Counted from the first letter of the stretch, positions 50,321-60,886 are shown. The stretch: 64,000 nucleotides of DNA from an uncultured SAR86 cluster bacterium (GCA_902602185.1 CACKPV010000001.1:46785-110784); one strand, 5' to 3'. Made by a program: numbers and translations. The notes: a model not told the origin generated them from the sequence alone.

Positions 50321-51541
50321 TTATTTCGATATATATTTGCCAAGTTCATATCTTGCAACAGCTCGTCTGTGGACCTCATCAGGACCATCGGCAAGTCTGA
50401 GACACCGCATATGGGCATACATACTGGCTAAAGGTGTAACTTGGGAAACACCCTCCCCACCATGAATCTGAATGGCACGATCAATGATATCCAAGGCCAC
50501 AATTGGAACCATAACTTTGATCTGAGCAATTTCACTTGCAGCTATCTTATTCCCTACAGTATCCATTTTATGAGCAGCATCGAGTGTAAGTAATCTGGCT
50601 GCATTTAATTGTATTCTTGAATCGGCAATGTGATCAAAATTTGCTCCAAGTTGAGCAAGAGGTTTCCCAAAAGCATTTTTATTTGGATCAGTTCCTCTTT
50701 GACACATTAACTCGAGAGCTCTTTCTGCAACACCGATAGATCTCATGCAATGATGAATTCTGCCGGGGCCTAATCGACCTTGAGCAATTTCAAAACCCCG
50801 ACCTTCACCAAGCAGTAAGTTCTCTTTAGGTACTCTGACATTATTGAATTTTAAGTGACCATGTCCATGAGGTGCATCGTCATATCCAAAAACATGCATC
50901 ATTTTTACAATCTCTATGCCCTCACTTTCCATAGGCACTAAGATCATTGAATGCCTTTGATGCTTTGCATTTTCAGGGTTAGTCACACACATAAAGATGA
51001 GAATCTTACACCTTGGATCTCCTGCCCCTGATGTCCACCATTTTTCTCCATTTATGACATATTCATCACCATCAAGAACAGCTGTTGCTGCCATGTTGGT
51101 TGCATCCGAAGAAGCTACTCCGGGTTCGGTCATTGCAAAAGCAGACCTTATTTTCCCATCTAATAAAGGTTGTAGCCATTCTTCTTGATGCACTCTGTTT
51201 CCATAACGCGCAATAACTTCCATATTGCCAGTATCAGGAGCAGAACAATTAAATACCTCTGATCCAAAACTATATCTTCCCATTTTTTCAGCTAGGTGGG
51301 CATATTCATAATTCGTCAAACCAGCACCAAATTCACTTTCTGGTAAAAATAGATTCCACAATCCTTGTGACTTAGCCTTTTCTTTAATTTCTTCTACAAT
51401 TTCAGGATAGTAATTCCAACGATCTTGGTCTTTTCGGATTTGTTGTTCAAATTTTTGTTCGTTAGGTGCAACCTCATCCAGTAAAAATTTACTAACTCTT
51501 TCTAATAAGTCTTTTGCTTCTGGTCTTAATTCTTTAAACAT
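50321..51541 (-). CDS. acyl-CoA dehydrogenase family protein
   Basis: 406 aa with ACAD N, middle and C domains (AFAMTEP..., [10 protein letters not shown]-terminal IHGG.G). Confidence 0.88.
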   Translation of the reverse strand: MFKELRPEAKDLLERVSKFLLDEVAPNEQKFEQQIRKDQDRWNYYPEIVEEIKEKAKSQGLWNLFLPESEFGAGLTNYEYAHLAEKMGRYSFGSEVFNCSAPDTGNMEVIARYGNRVHQEEWLQPLLDGKIRSAFAMTEPGVASSDATNMAATAVLDGDEYVINGEKWWTSGAGDPRCKILIFMCVTNPENAKHQRHSMILVPMESEGIEIVKMMHVFGYDDAPHGHGHLKFNNVRVPKENLLLGEGRGFEIAQGRLGPGRIHHCMRSIGVAERALELMCQRGTDPNKNAFGKPLAQLGANFDHIADSRIQLNAARLLTLDAAHKMDTVGNKIAASEIAQIKVMVPIVALDIIDRAIQIHGGEGVSQVTPLASMYAHMRCLRLADGPDEVHRRAVARYELGKYISK

Positions 51542-51671
51542 TTTTATCCCCTAATACAAATTTTTTAGAATATATTATAAATACTGTGAATGTTTGTTGT
51601 ATCTTGTTATCATGGTAAGTATATCAACAAGTAATCTTAAATAAAGAAAATTATTATTACTTAAATTTTAT

Positions 51672-52571
51672 ATGAAAATTAGCACCTTTGATCTTAACTT
51701 ATTTGTAGTTTTAAACGCTATCTATACCGAAGGTAGTCTTACAAAGGCAGCTGAGGTGGTTGGAACTACGCAGCCAGCAGTGAGTAATGCATTATCACGA
51801 TTAAGAGAAAAGTTTGATGATGAGTTATTTATTAGAACTGGTTCTGGTATGACTCCTACGCAAAAAACTGAGAATATAATTTTAGATGTTCAAAAAGCAC
51901 TAGCACTGATTCAGAAAAGTGTGAACGAACCGAACGAATTTGATCCCCTTACAAGTGAACTTACCTTTAGAATCTCAATGAATGATTTATCAGAAGTAAG
52001 AATCCTACCCAATATTCTAAAAAAATTAAACTCTGAAGCCCCACATATCACCATTGAAAGTTATCAGTACAATCGTAGAGATTTCATTCATGCCCTAGCA
52101 AGTAATGCTCTAAATTTTGTGATTGATCCAATTATTCCAAAATCAAAAAATATTAAACATGATTTAATCTTTCAAGATGAATTTGTATGTGCTTTTAAGA
52201 AGTCACACCCAATTGCAAAACAAAAAAATCTTTCAATGGAAACTTTTCTTGATTTAAAACAGGTCAATATTTCAAATCGACGGAAAGGTCCTTCCCTAAT
52301 AGATGTTGAACTTGAGAAAGTTCAATTGAAAAGAAATATAGTGCTCCGTGCTCAACATTTTATGGTGACTCCAGAGATAATAAAATCATCTGATTATGTT
52401 TTAGTATGTTCTAAAAGTTTTGCAGTGAACAACGGACTATCTTGGAAAAAACTTCCGATAAGTCTTCCCAAAGTTGAACAGCATCTAATGTGGCATGCAA
52501 GTGACGATAATGATGGATCTCATATTTGGATGAGAGAACTCATTAGAAAAGCTTTCTTAGATTTAGTGTAA
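51672..52571 (+). CDS. LysR-family transcriptional regulator
   Basis: 299 aa with an N-terminal wHTH (GSLTKAAEVVGTTQPAVSNALSRLRE) and a LysR substrate-binding domain. Divergent from the acyl-CoA dehydrogenase. Confidence 0.9.
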   Translation: MKISTFDLNLFVVLNAIYTEGSLTKAAEVVGTTQPAVSNALSRLREKFDDELFIRTGSGMTPTQKTENIILDVQKALALIQKSVNEPNEFDPLTSELTFRISMNDLSEVRILPNILKKLNSEAPHITIESYQYNRRDFIHALASNALNFVIDPIIPKSKNIKHDLIFQDEFVCAFKKSHPIAKQKNLSMETFLDLKQVNISNRRKGPSLIDVELEKVQLKRNIVLRAQHFMVTPEIIKSSDYVLVCSKSFAVNNGLSWKKLPISLPKVEQHLMWHASDDNDGSHIWMRELIRKAFLDLV

Positions 52572-52573
52572 TC

Positions 52574-53374
52574 TTAATCTGTCCAATTACTACTGGAAGC
52601 ATTTACAATCCCACCATCACATGTAATTGTATCCCCTACAGTGTATGCTCCAGCCCTTGAACATAAATAAATCACCAGTCCAGCAATATCTTCAGGTGAT
52701 CCTATTCTTTTTCTAGGGTTAGTTTTTTCAATAAAGCTATAATCATGATTTACTGCTGGTCCCAACATCATGCTTGGGAATGGTCCAGGAGCAATTGCAT
52801 TGACAGTGATGTTTTCTGAAACAAGTTTACGAGCTAAAGCTCTGGTTAGATGATGAACAGCTGCTTTGGAGGCTGCATATGAGTAAGTTTCAAAAGGTGG
52901 GACTTGGATTCCTTCAATTGATCCTATGTTGATTATCCGAGATGGGTCATCTAGAGATGCATTTTTTTTCAATAAATTTGTTAAATTTCTTGATAAGAAA
53001 AACATACTTTTAACATTCAAATCCATAACCTTATCCCATCCACCCTCAGAAAAAGACTCGAAAGGTTCTCCCCAAGCTGCGCCAGCATTATTCACTAGAA
53101 AATCTAGAGAGTCCTCAAAAGAACTATACTTTGCAACTAATTCCTCAACACCATCTAAAGTGCCCAAATCATTATGAATGGGGATGCACTCTCCTCCGAA
53201 TTTCTCAGACAATTCTTCTGCTTTTTGATTTAACTGATCTTCTTTCCTTGCAGATATGTAAACTTTTACTCCATTAGCTAAAAATCCAGCGGCAATCATT
53301 TCTCCGATACCTCTTGAGCCACCAGTAACTAATGCAACCTTACCTTTGATTTTAAATAAATCTTCAATTTTCAT
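52574..53374 (-). CDS. SDR-family oxidoreductase (RhlG-like 3-oxoacyl reductase type)
   Basis: TGGSRGIG cofactor motif, NNAG, and catalytic YxxxK (YAASK). Start set to the second Met (MKIEDL) because GGAG lies 6 nt upstream of it; 53386 is an alternative. Confidence 0.85.
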   Translation of the reverse strand: MKIEDLFKIKGKVALVTGGSRGIGEMIAAGFLANGVKVYISARKEDQLNQKAEELSEKFGGECIPIHNDLGTLDGVEELVAKYSSFEDSLDFLVNNAGAAWGEPFESFSEGGWDKVMDLNVKSMFFLSRNLTNLLKKNASLDDPSRIINIGSIEGIQVPPFETYSYAASKAAVHHLTRALARKLVSENITVNAIAPGPFPSMMLGPAVNHDYSFIEKTNPRKRIGSPEDIAGLVIYLCSRAGAYTVGDTITCDGGIVNASSSNWTD

Positions 53375-53415
53375 ATAGTTCTCCATGAAACTTTAAATAA
53401 TTATATAATCTTGTC

Positions 53416-54369
53416 ATGCTAATGATAAATATTTTCGTTCTGATCATTGCACTTGCTGTGTTAATTTTTGGTGCAAATAAGTTTGTTGATGCTTCTTCAA
53501 ACTATGCTGCATACTTTGGAGTAAATGAATTTTTTATCGGTTTGACTATTGTTGCATTGGGTACATCAATTCCGGAATTGTTTGTTGCTGTAAGTGCTAT
53601 TTTTAATCGTTTGGAGTCCGTTGCCATTGGAACTATAGTTGGTTCCAACATTGCCAATATTGCTTTAATTTTTGGGATTTCCTGTTTTTCAATAGCCTCT
53701 GTAAAGGTCAAAGCAAATTTCATCAGTCTTATTCCAGTTGCTCTAGTAGTAATGTTGTTTGCTGTCACTCTCCAAGATCAAATAATTTCAAATATTGAGG
53801 TATTAGGTTTTATTTTGATTTTTTTGTTTTTTATATATGCACTTTTACAAGATAAAAATAATATTGATATCGAAACCATATCTACTGATTTTTCAAAAAT
53901 TCGGGAATTTATGTACCTCTTAATGGGATTCCTATTTATTGTTATTGGTTCAAATCTGACAGTGATCTATGCTGAAAAAGTAGCAGTAAACTTGGGAGTA
54001 TCTGAGCTTATTATTGGTTTATCAATTCTTGCACTGGGGACAAGCCTGCCTGAATTAGCAACTACTATTACTGCATTATCAAAAGGTAAAAATGAAATGG
54101 TTGTAGGTAATATTATTGGATCAAATGTCCTAAATTTTGTACTTGTAATACCTTTGCTAGGAATTTCTTCCAATTTTGTGATTTCAAATCAACTATTAGA
54201 TCGTGATTTAGTTCCTCTTATAATCTCGACTGCAATGTTCATTGCACTTGCACTTATTATATCTAAATATGTTTTATCAAGATGGATTGGGGTAATGTTT
54301 GGAATTTCTTTTCTGACTTTTTATATTTTATATATTGCTTCAGTTAGTGGTATCGTCGAGATCTTTTAA
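53416..54369 (+). CDS. Ca2+/cation antiporter (CaCA family, YrbG-like)
   Basis: 317 aa with duplicated alpha-repeat motifs GTSIPELF and GTSLPELA. Confidence 0.85.
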   Translation: MLMINIFVLIIALAVLIFGANKFVDASSNYAAYFGVNEFFIGLTIVALGTSIPELFVAVSAIFNRLESVAIGTIVGSNIANIALIFGISCFSIASVKVKANFISLIPVALVVMLFAVTLQDQIISNIEVLGFILIFLFFIYALLQDKNNIDIETISTDFSKIREFMYLLMGFLFIVIGSNLTVIYAEKVAVNLGVSELIIGLSILALGTSLPELATTITALSKGKNEMVVGNIIGSNVLNFVLVIPLLGISSNFVISNQLLDRDLVPLIISTAMFIALALIISKYVLSRWIGVMFGISFLTFYILYIASVSGIVEIF

Positions 54370-54792
54370 AAACTTTAGCATTAATAAACCCAGAAAAAAA
54401 ACAATTATTTCGAATTTCAAAAAACTATTTACAATTATTGGCAGTCCAGCTTGAGTCCCTAAAAGCAAAAAAAATAATCTTCCAAATGCAATACCTGCAA
54501 CTAAGAAAGTAATGAAACTTATCATAAATTTAGCCCATGCTCTTATAAACATTCCTACTAAGCAAAAAACTCCAATGCAAAAGTTTAATCCTCCATAAAT
54601 ACCTGCAAATTCTGAAAAACCTATTGGAGATAAGATTGAGAATCCAACTTGCTCATATAATGAAGGTAAATTTAATTCTAAAGCATCTTGTATAGGTGCT
54701 ACAAAAGCCCAAAGCCCAATGGGCAAATAAATCGCAGCCATTGCAACTAAAAATAGATTTATCAAAACTAAACGGATGCTTATCTTATTCAA
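54340..54792 (-). CDS. hypothetical 4-TM membrane protein (recalled DUF4345-like)
   Basis: 150 aa with block SEFAGIYGGLNF. The family name is from memory only. Confidence 0.5.
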   Translation of the reverse strand: MNKISIRLVLINLFLVAMAAIYLPIGLWAFVAPIQDALELNLPSLYEQVGFSILSPIGFSEFAGIYGGLNFCIGVFCLVGMFIRAWAKFMISFITFLVAGIAFGRLFFLLLGTQAGLPIIVNSFLKFEIIVFFLGLLMLKFLKDLDDTTN

Positions 54793-55196
54793 AATGTATC
54801 TATCCTTATCTCATTCTTAAGTTGATTATGGGCAAGACGGAGAATAAGCATAACAATAATTGAACAAACAAATGTCAAAATACCAGCTAATCCAAATTTA
54901 TATTCTTCATCAAAAAACAGGAAAATTTGGGCTGCAGTAAAGAAACTAAAGATAGCAAAAATTGGCCAAACCGGAGAGGTCGGATTTTTACCAGTTAAAT
55001 ATCTAAATATGAAATAGGCAAGAGTGCCATAAAGTGCTGGTTGAATTGTCCTAGTTCTCCATTCAGACATGATTGAAGGTTCCAGTTTTGTTCCAGGAAA
55101 AACAGTAAGTAATTCATTTGCAAAAATGAATATCAGTGACATACTTAAGAAAAATAACAATAATGATATGAAAAAAAACTTTAAAAATAACTTCAT
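54789..55196 (-). CDS. hypothetical membrane protein
   Basis: 135 aa with four hydrophobic helices and a 4-nt overlap with the downstream gene. The start is uncertain (Met19 at 55142 is an alternative). Confidence 0.45.
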   Translation of the reverse strand: MKLFLKFFFISLLLFFLSMSLIFIFANELLTVFPGTKLEPSIMSEWRTRTIQPALYGTLAYFIFRYLTGKNPTSPVWPIFAIFSFFTAAQIFLFFDEEYKFGLAGILTFVCSIIVMLILRLAHNQLKNEIRIDTF

Positions 55197-55704
55197 TTGT
55201 CTAAAGAAAATCTCACCATTGTATAATTTATTTTACTTGCTTTTTTTTGCTTTGCCCATTTTCTCGATGAATTTACCTGTTCCAGATAACGAAGTAGTTT
55301 CAGAACCACTCCCAGAGTCCTATAAAAATATTTTATTGTCTGAAAGTGATATAAATAAATTTATTGAAAATGCTCTACAAAATAATAAACAACCTGTTTT
55401 CTTTTTTGGAGCAAATTGGTGCCCTGATTGTAGAATTCTGGATGGGACTCTTGAATTACCCACTATAAAAAAATATATGCAAGAAAAATTTGAGGTTTTA
55501 CATATTGATGTTGGAAGATATGACATCAATATGGAGCTCATGCAGTATTTTCAGATTATGCCTCAAAAAGGGATTCCCAGAGTTATTATTTTAGATAAGT
55601 CAAAGCAACCATTAAATTTAGCTGACACTGGTGAGTGGACTACTGCTAGACAAAGATCAAAGCAAGAAATCTTTGATTATTTTCAAAAATATACTGTTGA
55701 ATAA
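55168..55704 (+). CDS. secreted thioredoxin-like protein (WCPDC)
   Basis: Thioredoxin fold with FFFGANWCPDCR. Start set to the internal MKKNFKN, which gives a signal-peptide-like N-terminus. ORF-track start 55069 and Met at 55267 are alternatives. Confidence 0.65.
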   Translation: MKKNFKNNFICLKKISPLYNLFYLLFFALPIFSMNLPVPDNEVVSEPLPESYKNILLSESDINKFIENALQNNKQPVFFFGANWCPDCRILDGTLELPTIKKYMQEKFEVLHIDVGRYDINMELMQYFQIMPQKGIPRVIILDKSKQPLNLADTGEWTTARQRSKQEIFDYFQKYTVE

Positions 55705-55734
55705 AAAAAACCAGGAATTAATCCTGGTTTTTTT
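55703..55734. terminator. bidirectional rho-independent terminator
   Basis: A8-CCAGGA-attaa-TCCTGG-T7 between the convergent thioredoxin-like gene and the TonB-dependent receptor gene. Confidence 0.8.
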
Positions 55735-55749
55735 AAATTTTAATAGAGT

Positions 55750-58107
55750 TTAATATCTATAGGTATAACGCAAACCAATAGTTCTTGGTGGTATCCATTG
55801 TTGATAATCTCTAGGTCTCCAACTTGGACTGTTAATAGCATAAACAAATGCTTGTGTTCTATTATCAAATAAATTATCTACAACAAGCTGAAGTGAAGAG
55901 TTTTCATTTAACTCCATACCTACATTAACATTAAACTTAGTATAACTAGGTGCCATCATACTTTTATCTTGTGCAAATGTTGCATAACTATCACCATAGT
56001 GGAGCATATCCATTCTTGCGTAAGATGGTTTTGAATCGTAAACAAACTCGTAACTCAAACCAACATTATATTGTTCTTCTACAGAGCCCGGCAATCTGTC
56101 ACCAGCAACAGCCCCGAAACTTGGCATATCAACACTAGTTTCAGCACTCATAAATGATCCGGCAAAATCAACATATAAACTATCTGTAAGAGCAAAACTA
56201 AAATCAAGCTCAACACCGCTAGTTTCAGCTTCACCACCATTAGCTTGGAAGCTCCATCCACATGCCGGAGCAATACCTATTTGGATATCTGTCCAATCAA
56301 TCATGAAATAGGTGGCATTTACATTGAATGAATCACCTCTTGCCTTGACACCAAACTCAGTATTTTCAGCTCTATCCGAGGTATATCTTCTTTGGAAAGA
56401 ACTGGCCTCTGGATCATTAGCACAGAAGTATGGCAAGGCAGCATTGTTTCCACCTGGTCTATATCCTGCTGAAGAAACAGCAAAAAGTGTTAAATTTTCA
56501 TTGGGTTGATAGGTAGCAGTAAATTTAGGTCTGTTGTCAGATTCTGACCCGTTTTCTTCAGAACAAGTTGTGCCCTCTGGTGCTGTTCCATCACAACCAA
56601 AAGATCCGCCATAAAAAACTCCAAACTCTGAAGATTTGAAACCATCTGCGATTTCATAATCTCTAAAGCCAGCAGTAAATGTCCATTTATCAAGATTTAA
56701 AGCAACCTGACCATAAAGAGCTTGTTCTTCAGAATAGTTGTAATAAGTATAGCTGCCATAGTAAATATAAGGATAGCCAAGATCACCCTCACAATAAGGA
56801 GGACAATATGCTGAACCATCTGGTCCTGTCCAACCCATAATAACGTTAGCAATATAATCATAGGCATCAGCACTGCTTCCATATTGAGTTTCGACAACCG
56901 AATTTGGGTCAGCTTTTGATTTGTAGTCATAATATCCAAGTGTCCATTCAACCATGCCTGGATTTGAGGTGAGACGAATTTCCCTTATTTCAGTTTCATC
57001 GTCAGATGTAACAACTAATGGACCTGAATAAAGATCATCCATATCAATTCTTGACCACTCTGTATCACTATCTTCATCGTAGTCAGAATCCATGGTGATA
57101 ACGGTAGTAGTGAAATACTCTGATTCAACTGAGGTTGTTGATACAAGAGATGTAGTCACAACATTGTGAATTTCATCAGTAACTTCAGCAAAAGCAAGCA
57201 AAGGATTAAATTGACTCCAATCTCTTCCAAGGCTATTTGCAATTCCTCGAACTCTACAACTATTAGGTTGGTCCATATAGTTATACCAGAAATCAGCCTC
57301 GGGACCACAGTCAGCACTATTAATATCAGCATTACCTGGTTTATCACCGTTGCCTTTTTCCTTCATTCCCTCATCATGTCTATCGTTAACAATGTATCGC
57401 ACCATGGAAGTGACCTTTCCATCATGAAACCTTGGAGCATCGTTTTCGTAACCAAGAGTTATCACATATCTCTCATCGTCTTGATCACCAACACCCATAT
57501 CCATTGTCATAACGTTTTGATAAATACCGGGGTCAAGCGACTTTGAGTATGTTGCTCTCACAGCAAGGTTATCATTTAAGGGGACATTCACCATTGCGTT
57601 ATAACTCACAGCAGAGTTAGGAGCATATTTTTTCTTTCCATATTCTAGTTGATAGCTATAATCAAAACCTGAAGCATCAGGCATTTTTGTTATATATCTT
57701 ATTGTTCCACCAACTGCATTTGATCCGTAAAGAGTACCTTGAGGCCCTCTAAGCACCTCAATTCTCTCGATATCAAAAATGTTCATAACTTCACCTGGAA
57801 CTTCATCTACATAAGTTGATGTTGTACCCGATGATCTTTGGGCAGAACTGGTATTAAGACCCCGAAAGGTAAAATACCTTGATCCACCTGGTGTTGTGAC
57901 ACCGGCTAAAGATCTTAAAAAGTCTTCTGGTGTAGAAATACCTCTCTCTTGAATATCTACATCAGTTATAACCGAAATATTCATTGGAATATCCTGTACG
58001 GTTTCCTCTTTCTTATTAGCAGTAACAATGACTTCCTCAACATCAGCTTGGACTGTTGTAAAACCAATAAACAGTGCTAATGCCGTAAAATTTCTAAAAT
58101 TAAACAT
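55750..58107 (-). CDS. TonB-dependent outer-membrane receptor
   Basis: About 785 aa. Signal peptide, TonB-box-like EEVIVTA, plug-domain blocks (IERIEVLRGPQGTLYGSNAVGG), a long beta-barrel and an aromatic C-terminus. Start set to Met22 (MFNFRNF). Confidence 0.9.
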   Translation of the reverse strand: MFNFRNFTALALFIGFTTVQADVEEVIVTANKKEETVQDIPMNISVITDVDIQERGISTPEDFLRSLAGVTTPGGSRYFTFRGLNTSSAQRSSGTTSTYVDEVPGEVMNIFDIERIEVLRGPQGTLYGSNAVGGTIRYITKMPDASGFDYSYQLEYGKKKYAPNSAVSYNAMVNVPLNDNLAVRATYSKSLDPGIYQNVMTMDMGVGDQDDERYVITLGYENDAPRFHDGKVTSMVRYIVNDRHDEGMKEKGNGDKPGNADINSADCGPEADFWYNYMDQPNSCRVRGIANSLGRDWSQFNPLLAFAEVTDEIHNVVTTSLVSTTSVESEYFTTTVITMDSDYDEDSDTEWSRIDMDDLYSGPLVVTSDDETEIREIRLTSNPGMVEWTLGYYDYKSKADPNSVVETQYGSSADAYDYIANVIMGWTGPDGSAYCPPYCEGDLGYPYIYYGSYTYYNYSEEQALYGQVALNLDKWTFTAGFRDYEIADGFKSSEFGVFYGGSFGCDGTAPEGTTCSEENGSESDNRPKFTATYQPNENLTLFAVSSAGYRPGGNNAALPYFCANDPEASSFQRRYTSDRAENTEFGVKARGDSFNVNATYFMIDWTDIQIGIAPACGWSFQANGGEAETSGVELDFSFALTDSLYVDFAGSFMSAETSVDMPSFGAVAGDRLPGSVEEQYNVGLSYEFVYDSKPSYARMDMLHYGDSYATFAQDKSMMAPSYTKFNVNVGMELNENSSLQLVVDNLFDNRTQAFVYAINSPSWRPRDYQQWIPPRTIGLRYTYRY

Positions 58108-58214
58108 ATAATCCCCTAAATAAATGAAATAAGTTTGCTTAATATAGCATTTTGACCAAAAAAAACACACTTTTTTTCTGTAAATACCCTGTTATGTATA
58201 GCTTTTAAGTGTTT

Positions 58215-59471
58215 TTAATCGAATTGTTTTTTATCGCTGGCAAATAATAAATAAAAAATTCCTCCAAATACGAGCAGTCCTGCAGCTATAAAGAAAACCA
58301 AAGTCCAAGATTGAGTTAAATCAAGCACAATTCCAGAAATAATATTGCCTAATACCCCTGCGGCAGTTCCTAAAGTTGAGGCAATTCCAACTAGGGTACC
58401 TGTAGATTTAGGACCTAAATCAGCATGATTAACACCAAACCCCCCTGCTGCTGCTCCTGTAAAAATATTGGTCATACAAATAAGGCCAATTATCGTGTAG
58501 ACATCATTTAAAAATGGGATGGTGAATAAGCATGCTGCCGAACCAAAAAAACCAATAGAATTTGCACTTTTTCTTACCTTGATTACTTTATAACCTTTCT
58601 TTATCAAGGTATCTGCAATATATCCACCCAAGTTAAGGGCAATTACAGAAACAATGCTGGGGATGATGATAAGAACTAAAAAAGATCCTGACGAAAGGTC
58701 AACACCTAATTCGTTATCAACAAACTTTGGTAAAAAAGATAAAAAAACCAATAAACTCCAATTATTAGCAAAAGTTGCAACTATGATAGCTATAAATGGA
58801 AGATTGCTTAGTAGTTTGGATAAAGGTATTTGCGTAATAGCTTCAGATGCAGGAGCATTATCTTCAATATAACTTAATTCCTCAGAAGATATTTTTTTAT
58901 GGTCTCTGGGGTAAGAGGTTACATTTTTGTTCCAAAAAAAGAACCAAATAATGCCGATAACTCCAAAAAGGTAAAAGGCCCATTCCCAACCCAAACTAAT
59001 GATGATGAGTTGAGTACCTATGTAACCAATAATTGTTCCAATTGCAATTCCACTGTTGGTAAAAGCAATGGCTCTGGTTCTTTCTTTAAAAGGAATCCAT
59101 CTTGCATACAAACTATGCCATGCTGGGAATGTAACTCCCTCTCCAAGCCCTAGGAGTACTCGCATAATTAACAGCACAAAAAAACCATTATGGGCTGCAA
59201 GTGGGGTCAAAATAGTAAACAAAGACCATAAAACCACTCCGCAACCTAAAACAAATTTTCCTCCGAAGCGATCAGCTAAATAGCCACCCAAAGCCATGGT
59301 TAACATATACCCCAGATAAAAAGATGAAAAAATAAATCCAACCTGTGAGTCACTCCATCCAAATTGTTCCTGCATAGGAATGATGGCCACAGAAATATTT
59401 ACTCTATCGATGTAACAGATAATGACAGCTAAAGTGGAATATAAGATCAAGTTAAATCGTTGGGGGATCAT
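58215..59471 (-). CDS. MFS transporter (anion:cation symporter-like)
   Basis: 418 aa, 12 TM, with MFS loop motif GGYLADRFGGK. Confidence 0.85.
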   Translation of the reverse strand: MIPQRFNLILYSTLAVIICYIDRVNISVAIIPMQEQFGWSDSQVGFIFSSFYLGYMLTMALGGYLADRFGGKFVLGCGVVLWSLFTILTPLAAHNGFFVLLIMRVLLGLGEGVTFPAWHSLYARWIPFKERTRAIAFTNSGIAIGTIIGYIGTQLIIISLGWEWAFYLFGVIGIIWFFFWNKNVTSYPRDHKKISSEELSYIEDNAPASEAITQIPLSKLLSNLPFIAIIVATFANNWSLLVFLSFLPKFVDNELGVDLSSGSFLVLIIIPSIVSVIALNLGGYIADTLIKKGYKVIKVRKSANSIGFFGSAACLFTIPFLNDVYTIIGLICMTNIFTGAAAGGFGVNHADLGPKSTGTLVGIASTLGTAAGVLGNIISGIVLDLTQSWTLVFFIAAGLLVFGGIFYLLFASDKKQFD

Positions 59472-59533
59472 GATTCAAAAGTGTGGGTCGCAGTATATCC
59501 AAATGCCAAGATTTTTACACTTTTTTGGAAATA

Positions 59534-60886
59534 CTATTTTAATGTAATTGGCATTTCTTGGATTGCATGTACAAAATTATTGGGAGCAACTTTCCACTCT
59601 CCATTAACTTGATAATCAGGGAAACGAGTCAAAAATTGTGAAAAGAATTCTCGAAGTTGCATCAAGGCAACAGGCTTGCCTAAGCAAGTATGTCTCCCAA
59701 TCCCAAAAGCTAAGTGCTTATCTGCATTTTTTCTGAGAATATTAAAACTATTTGGATCTTTAAATACAGCAGGGTCACGATTGGCAGCTCCATACCATAA
59801 GGCAATTTTTTCATAGGGGCCAATTTTTTGATGTCCAATTTGAGTTTCTTGTAATGTTGTTCTGCGCATATGAATGACTGGTGAAACACAACGAACCGTT
59901 TCATTGACAAAATTATCCATCAAATTCAGGTCATTGATTAACAGCTCCTTTTGATCAGGATTATCATGCAATAATTTCACACCACCACTCATTGTATTTC
60001 GAGTAGTATCATTGCCTGCAAAAATAATTAATAACCAAGAACCATCTAAAAATTCTTGGGATAATTTTTCTCCTTCAATTTTTGCATTTGCAATGGCACT
60101 GAGAAGATCATTAGAAGGCTTTTCTCGTTTAGCTTGCAAAATAGATTTGCCATAATCAAACATTTCATCCACCATGGCATTGAACATGTCAATCATTGCT
60201 GGATCAGGAGTATTATCAGAATGACCTTCATTCTTTTGTTTAATTTGTTCAACAGCAAAATACTGAGCCAGTTCTAGAAACTCCATCCAATCGACAAGTT
60301 TTTGTCTATCAGCTTCGGGTATGCCTAGAATTTCTGAGAGAGTAAATATAGGTAACTGTTGGGAGACCTCTTTTACAAGATTGCATTCACCCATGTCACT
60401 AATATTATCAAGTAATGCTGAAACTTTAAGAGAAACTTTCTCTTGCAATTCTGCAACAAAATTTGGTCGAAAAAAAGGCATATGCTCTTTGCGCAACCCA
60501 AGATGCATTTCTCCGTCTAAATTGAGCATATGATCTATAGTTGTTTGAAATAATCGAGGGTGCCGGTTCTCTTCTTCCCCTAATGTTAGCAAGTTTCCAG
60601 TGGCATACTGAGATGAAAAAATCTCAGGATTCATGGACACAAATTTTATGTCTTCGTAACTAGTTAATGCCCAATAACCAGGTTCCGGGTCTGTAGGCAT
60701 AGGATCATGAAAGTACACGGGGGCATTTTCTCGAAGGGTCTGATACAACTCAAAAGGTTGACCTTGAGTAAACAGATATAAATCATTTAATGAAGCTTCA
60801 GTTCTAAAAGCATAATGTTTTGGATGTGCAGGTTGGTTTATTGTGTGTTGCGGGACTTCCTTTGAGAGAACAAACTCATTACTCAT
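59534..60886 (-). CDS. cytochrome P450
   Basis: 450 aa with heme-thiolate motif FGIGRHTCLG, ExxR (ETVR), and I-helix AGNDTTRN, which resembles the CYP153-type signature as I recall it. Confidence 0.9.
   Translation of the reverse strand: MSNEFVLSKEVPQHTINQPAHPKHYAFRTEASLNDLYLFTQGQPFELYQTLRENAPVYFHDPMPTDPEPGYWALTSYEDIKFVSMNPEIFSSQYATGNLLTLGEEENRHPRLFQTTIDHMLNLDGEMHLGLRKEHMPFFRPNFVAELQEKVSLKVSALLDNISDMGECNLVKEVSQQLPIFTLSEILGIPEADRQKLVDWMEFLELAQYFAVEQIKQKNEGHSDNTPDPAMIDMFNAMVDEMFDYGKSILQAKREKPSNDLLSAIANAKIEGEKLSQEFLDGSWLLIIFAGNDTTRNTMSGGVKLLHDNPDQKELLINDLNLMDNFVNETVRCVSPVIHMRRTTLQETQIGHQKIGPYEKIALWYGAANRDPAVFKDPNSFNILRKNADKHLAFGIGRHTCLGKPVALMQLREFFSQFLTRFPDYQVNGEWKVAPNNFVHAIQEMPITLK

Noticed and set aside
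50207-50465. Two plus-strand ORFs (74 and 79 aa) starting in tRNA-Val(GAC).
   Set aside because: They translate the tRNA antisense and then the antisense of the acyl-CoA dehydrogenase 3' end, so they are not credible genes.
55950-57546. Cluster of six 60-126-aa ORFs on both strands within the TonB receptor gene.
   Set aside because: All are nested in the well-supported 785-aa receptor frame. They look like composition-driven open frames with no motifs.
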